A stretch of DNA of 32,000 nucleotides from Massilicoli timonensis (lineage in GTDB: Bacteria > Bacillota_I > Bacilli_A > Erysipelotrichales > Erysipelotrichaceae): the NCBI RefSeq assembly GCF_900199515.1, contig NZ_LT963434.1:963272-995271 (forward strand). The letters run 5' to 3'. Below the pieces are notes generated by a model. The model did not search any database, had not been told where the DNA came from, and was given only the letters and a program-made list of their open reading frames with translations. The position numbers were made by a program, and so were the translations under genes. Below are positions 29,317 to 32,000 of this stretch, piece after piece; position 1 is the first letter of the stretch, and every line of letters begins with the position of its first letter.

Positions 29317-29877
29317 CTAAAACGGTTTACCGACAATTTCCGCCCGCTGCTTCGGCAGCTGCATCGTAATGACATGCGCACCTTTGCTTTGCGTGATCCG
29401 CAGTGCGCCAAGATTTGGATCATCCAAGGTAACGGTTTGATTCTGATTCCAGTCACTAAACAGTTTCATCAGATCATAGTGATTCGCCGGTGCAAGGGAA
29501 TATTGAAAAATGCTGAACGCAAGCATACTGCCGACATCAACGCCTTCATCGCACAGCTTCTTTCCGGCCTCCGTATAAGCAAAAATGCGAAACTCTTTCA
29601 GTGATTCATCTTTACGAAACAAGAAGTCAGCCTGCACGCCGTCCTCTCGCTGATAAACGACGCGATAACCCTGTTCAGCCTGCGTCATCTGCCGATAATG
29701 AAACACATGATTTTTATATGTATTGTAGTCGGCTACCAACTGATCGATCACCCCGATTTCCGATGAAAAGGAGGCGGGATCCAGAGCAGTCGGCGGTACA
29801 CTCGGCTGTGCATACGCACTGAGCGCAACCATGACGGACAATACGACTTCTTTTAGAATTTCTTTTATGATTGACAT
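29317..29877 (-). CDS. Hypothetical secreted protein (paralog B)
   Basis: 186 aa from MSIIKEILKEVVLSVMVALSAYA/QP, a type-I-like signal peptide. It shares blocks with paralog A: LDPxSFxSEI, HVFxY, GY..(F/Y)QRxDGVxAxFLFRxDExL, G(I/V)DVxSML and SDWNxxxxVxLxDxNL. The track's 21-codon N-terminal extension covers the gene's own promoter and was rejected. Confidence 0.72.
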   Translation of the reverse strand: MSIIKEILKEVVLSVMVALSAYAQPSVPPTALDPASFSSEIGVIDQLVADYNTYKNHVFHYRQMTQAEQGYRVVYQREDGVQADFLFRKDESLKEFRIFAYTEAGKKLCDEGVDVGSMLAFSIFQYSLAPANHYDLMKLFSDWNQNQTVTLDDPNLGALRITQSKGAHVITMQLPKQRAEIVGKPF

Positions 29878-29917
29878 ATCATCTCTTCCTACTTCCAAGC
29901 ATTCGCTATCTGCCTGT

Positions 29918-29926
29918 ATTATAGCA
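29918..29926 (-). promoter_or_regulatory. Extended -10 promoter element (TGCTATAAT) for paralog B
   Basis: Minus strand reads ..GGAAATCATGCTATAATACAGG.., about 40 nt upstream of the ATG at 29877 and just downstream of the glgA terminator. The -35 is weak. Confidence 0.45.
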
Positions 29927-29974
29927 TGATTTCCAAACATAAATATTACATTTCAGTTATATTGCGCATTTTCC

Positions 29975-30007
29975 AAGAAAAAAACACATCCCCTTCAGGA
30001 CGTGTTT
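29975..30007 (-). terminator. glgA intrinsic terminator
   Basis: Minus strand reads AAACACGTCC-TGAAGG-GGATGTGTTT followed by TTTTCTT. The 10-bp stem has one G-U pair and lies 8 nt after the glgA stop. Confidence 0.7.
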
Positions 30008-30015
30008 CCTTATGC

Positions 30016-31455
30016 TTAATCACCCGTCAGTTCATGATACAGGCGCAAATAATCATTCGCACTCTTTTCCCAGCTGACATCAGTATTCATCGCATTGCGC
30101 ACCAGCGTACGCCAGTCATTCGGATGATGGTAGAACACATCAACGGCATTGCCTAACACATGCATCATTTCACCGGAGTTATAGTTGGTAAAGCTGAAGC
30201 CGTTTCCGCTCTTGTCATATTCATTGTACGGTGTAACCGTATCGCGCAACCCACCGGTTTCTCTTACCAGCGGCAATGTGCCATAACGCATCGAGATCAG
30301 CTGTGAAATACCGCACGGTTCAAACAGCGAAGGCATCAAGAACAGATCACATGCCGCATAGATCTTATGCGCAAGATCTTCATTGTAACCGCGATAGAAA
30401 ACGATCTTCCCTTTGTTGCCTTCTTCCAGCTGCGCCATTTTTTCTTCCAATGCGCCTTCTCCGCTTCCTAATACAACGAACTGAATCGGCATCGCACAAA
30501 GCTGCGGCAGCTGCTCCATCAGCAGATAGAAGCCCTTTTGCCAAGTAAGACGTGATACACAGCCGACCAGCATCACATTTTCATCCTGCGCCAATCCCAT
30601 TTCTTCCTGTAAAGCCAATTTGTTTTTCTTTTTATTCGCTTTTACATTCACTTTATTGAAGTGATAAGGAATTTTTGGATCGTTTGCCGGATTCCATGTT
30701 TCCACATCAATGCCGTTTACGATGCCCCAAAGATCATATTGACGCATCTGTAAAACGCCTTCCAGATGTTCTCCGTACTGCGGTGTCAAAATTTCACTTG
30801 CATAGCTCGGTGAAACCGTCGTTACCTTGTCCGCATAAAGAATAGCCGTTTTCATAAAGCTGATGCCGCCGTCATAGCGTACCGTACCGTTATCCAGCAG
30901 ATAGTATGGCAATCCCAGACAGCTTTCCAGCATATCCGCTCCAAAATTGCCCTGATATGCCATATTATGGATCGTATAGACATGCTTGATCGAAGCATAG
31001 CGATAATCATCACGATGGTTTTCCTTGATCATAGCTGAGATCATGCCGGTATGCCAATCATGGCAGTGCAGCACTTCCGGGAAAAAATCAACCTGATTCA
31101 TCATTTCCACGACCGCCTGCTGGAAATAAGCAAAGCGTTCCCCGTCATCCATATAGCCATACAGATCTTCTCGTTCAAAATAGCCCTGATGCTCTATGAA
31201 ATAATACGTTACGTCATCATGGAAACAACTATATAAACGTACCGGAACCCAGTCATATTTCATATAGACCGCATATTCTTTTTCAAAAGTAAAATCCTGA
31301 TGATAGTTTTTGGCAATCTTCAGATACAGCGGCATGACGACGCGCACATCATTGCCTTTGCGCGCCAATTCCTTCGGCAAAGAACCGATGACATCCGCCA
31401 ATCCCCCGGTCTTGATAAAAGGCAACCCTTCCCCTGCAACATGTAAGATCCTCAT
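30016..31455 (-). CDS. glgA: Glycogen synthase (ADP-glucose type, GT5)
   Basis: 479 aa starting MRILHVAGEGLPFIKTGGLADVIGSLPKEL, which contains the KTGGL motif. The C-terminal GT-B half has PSLFEPCGISQL. Confidence 0.95.
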   Translation of the reverse strand: MRILHVAGEGLPFIKTGGLADVIGSLPKELARKGNDVRVVMPLYLKIAKNYHQDFTFEKEYAVYMKYDWVPVRLYSCFHDDVTYYFIEHQGYFEREDLYGYMDDGERFAYFQQAVVEMMNQVDFFPEVLHCHDWHTGMISAMIKENHRDDYRYASIKHVYTIHNMAYQGNFGADMLESCLGLPYYLLDNGTVRYDGGISFMKTAILYADKVTTVSPSYASEILTPQYGEHLEGVLQMRQYDLWGIVNGIDVETWNPANDPKIPYHFNKVNVKANKKKNKLALQEEMGLAQDENVMLVGCVSRLTWQKGFYLLMEQLPQLCAMPIQFVVLGSGEGALEEKMAQLEEGNKGKIVFYRGYNEDLAHKIYAACDLFLMPSLFEPCGISQLISMRYGTLPLVRETGGLRDTVTPYNEYDKSGNGFSFTNYNSGEMMHVLGNAVDVFYHHPNDWRTLVRNAMNTDVSWEKSANDYLRLYHELTGD

Positions 31456-32000
31456 TACAGAATATCTCCTCTGCCGACATAAGCAGGCTCTTCCACTTTG
31501 GCAACCACTTCTTTTACTCTCACGATCTTCGCCTGTTTATCCACAACGGCATTTTCCACATGCACATCTTCACCGATCGTTGCGCCCGGCAAGATCACAC
31601 AGTTTTTTACCACCGCGCCCTTTTTAATGATACAGCCTCTTCCGATCACCGAATTTTCAATCGTTCCTTCAATTTCACAGCCATTGGAAACAACTGATTT
31701 TTTCACATTGGAAGTTTCATAATACTGGGTCGGACTGGAATCATTGGTACGCGTATAGATCGGCCAATCCGGCGCAAACAGATCCTGTGCCGTTTCATAG
31801 TCGATCAAGCGCATATTCGCATCATAATAACTCTTGAAATCGGAAATCGCAGCCACATAGCCATGATGAGCGATTCCGCGAATATCCAGCTCGCTGCATT
31901 CATCGTCGATGATATCACGCAGCGTATACATAGATGAGAATTTAGCTGCTTTTTTTACCAGTTCCATAAACAGCTCTTTGCTCATGACATAAGTATCTAA
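31455..32000 (-). CDS. glgD: Glucose-1-phosphate adenylyltransferase, GlgD-type subunit, C-terminal part (5' end lies beyond the window)
   Basis: The reading frame stays open past the listed Met to the window edge (..LDTYVMSKELF..). The C-terminal left-handed beta-helix repeats (NSVIGRGCIIKKGAVVKNCVILPGATIGEDVHVENAVV) are typical of GlgC/GlgD. Position directly upstream of glgA with a TAATG overlap favours glgD, but GlgC versus GlgD cannot be settled from this fragment. Confidence 0.7.
   Translation of the reverse strand, partial: LDTYVMSKELFMELVKKAAKFSSMYTLRDIIDDECSELDIRGIAHHGYVAAISDFKSYYDANMRLIDYETAQDLFAPDWPIYTRTNDSSPTQYYETSNVKKSVVSNGCEIEGTIENSVIGRGCIIKKGAVVKNCVILPGATIGEDVHVENAVVDKQAKIVRVKEVVAKVEEPAYVGRGDIL

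Noticed and set aside
29878-29940. 21-codon N-terminal extension of paralog B (MFGNHAIIQADSECLEVGRDD)
   Set aside because: It covers the TGCTATAAT promoter element and lacks an SD. The internal Met gives a proper signal peptide and a length equal to that of paralog A.

Overview
This window is a mostly housekeeping chromosomal segment, transcribed almost entirely on the minus strand. It comes from a moderate-GC Firmicute. The 16S signature blocks and an oversized, Mollicutes-like RpoB suggest Erysipelotrichia, but that is a class-level guess from memory, not a database result.

Gene order along the minus strand, from high to low coordinates:
- glgD (partial) and glgA
- two tandem paralogous exported proteins of unknown function
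- an intact insertion sequence, with its transposase on the + strand
- guaB
- a GNAT acetyltransferase
- pgk-tpiA
- livJHMGF plus a translationally coupled CBS-ACT protein
- an Fe-type alcohol dehydrogenase, convergent with a + strand membrane-anchored alpha/beta hydrolase
- proC
- rplK-rplA
- rplJ-rplL
- a ybxB-like methyltransferase
- rpoB-rpoC
- an rRNA operon: promoter, leader, complete 16S, tRNA-less spacer and the start of 23S

Most operons have readable sigma-A type promoters, several with extended -10 (TGnTATAAT), and intrinsic terminators. I found no CRISPR array, tRNA gene, prophage, toxin-antitoxin pair or recognisable defence system.

The only clearly accessory stretch is about 27.07-29.9 kb. 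It holds an IS1202/ISNCY-like element with a perfect 29-bp target duplication, pressed against the guaB promoter, next to the two uncharacterised exported paralogs.

Other points worth a second look:
- the free-standing CBS-ACT protein fused into the liv transporter operon
- a roughly 190-bp polypurine/polypyrimidine tract upstream of the rrn promoter
- lineage-specific RpoB insertions

I do not see convincing evidence for a wholly new multi-gene system. The candidates above are modest and labelled as such. All coordinates of non-coding elements were hand-counted and may be off by a few nt. Several longest-ORF starts in the supplied track are GTG codons buried in the Shine-Dalgarno sequence, and I moved those to the downstream ATG/GTG.
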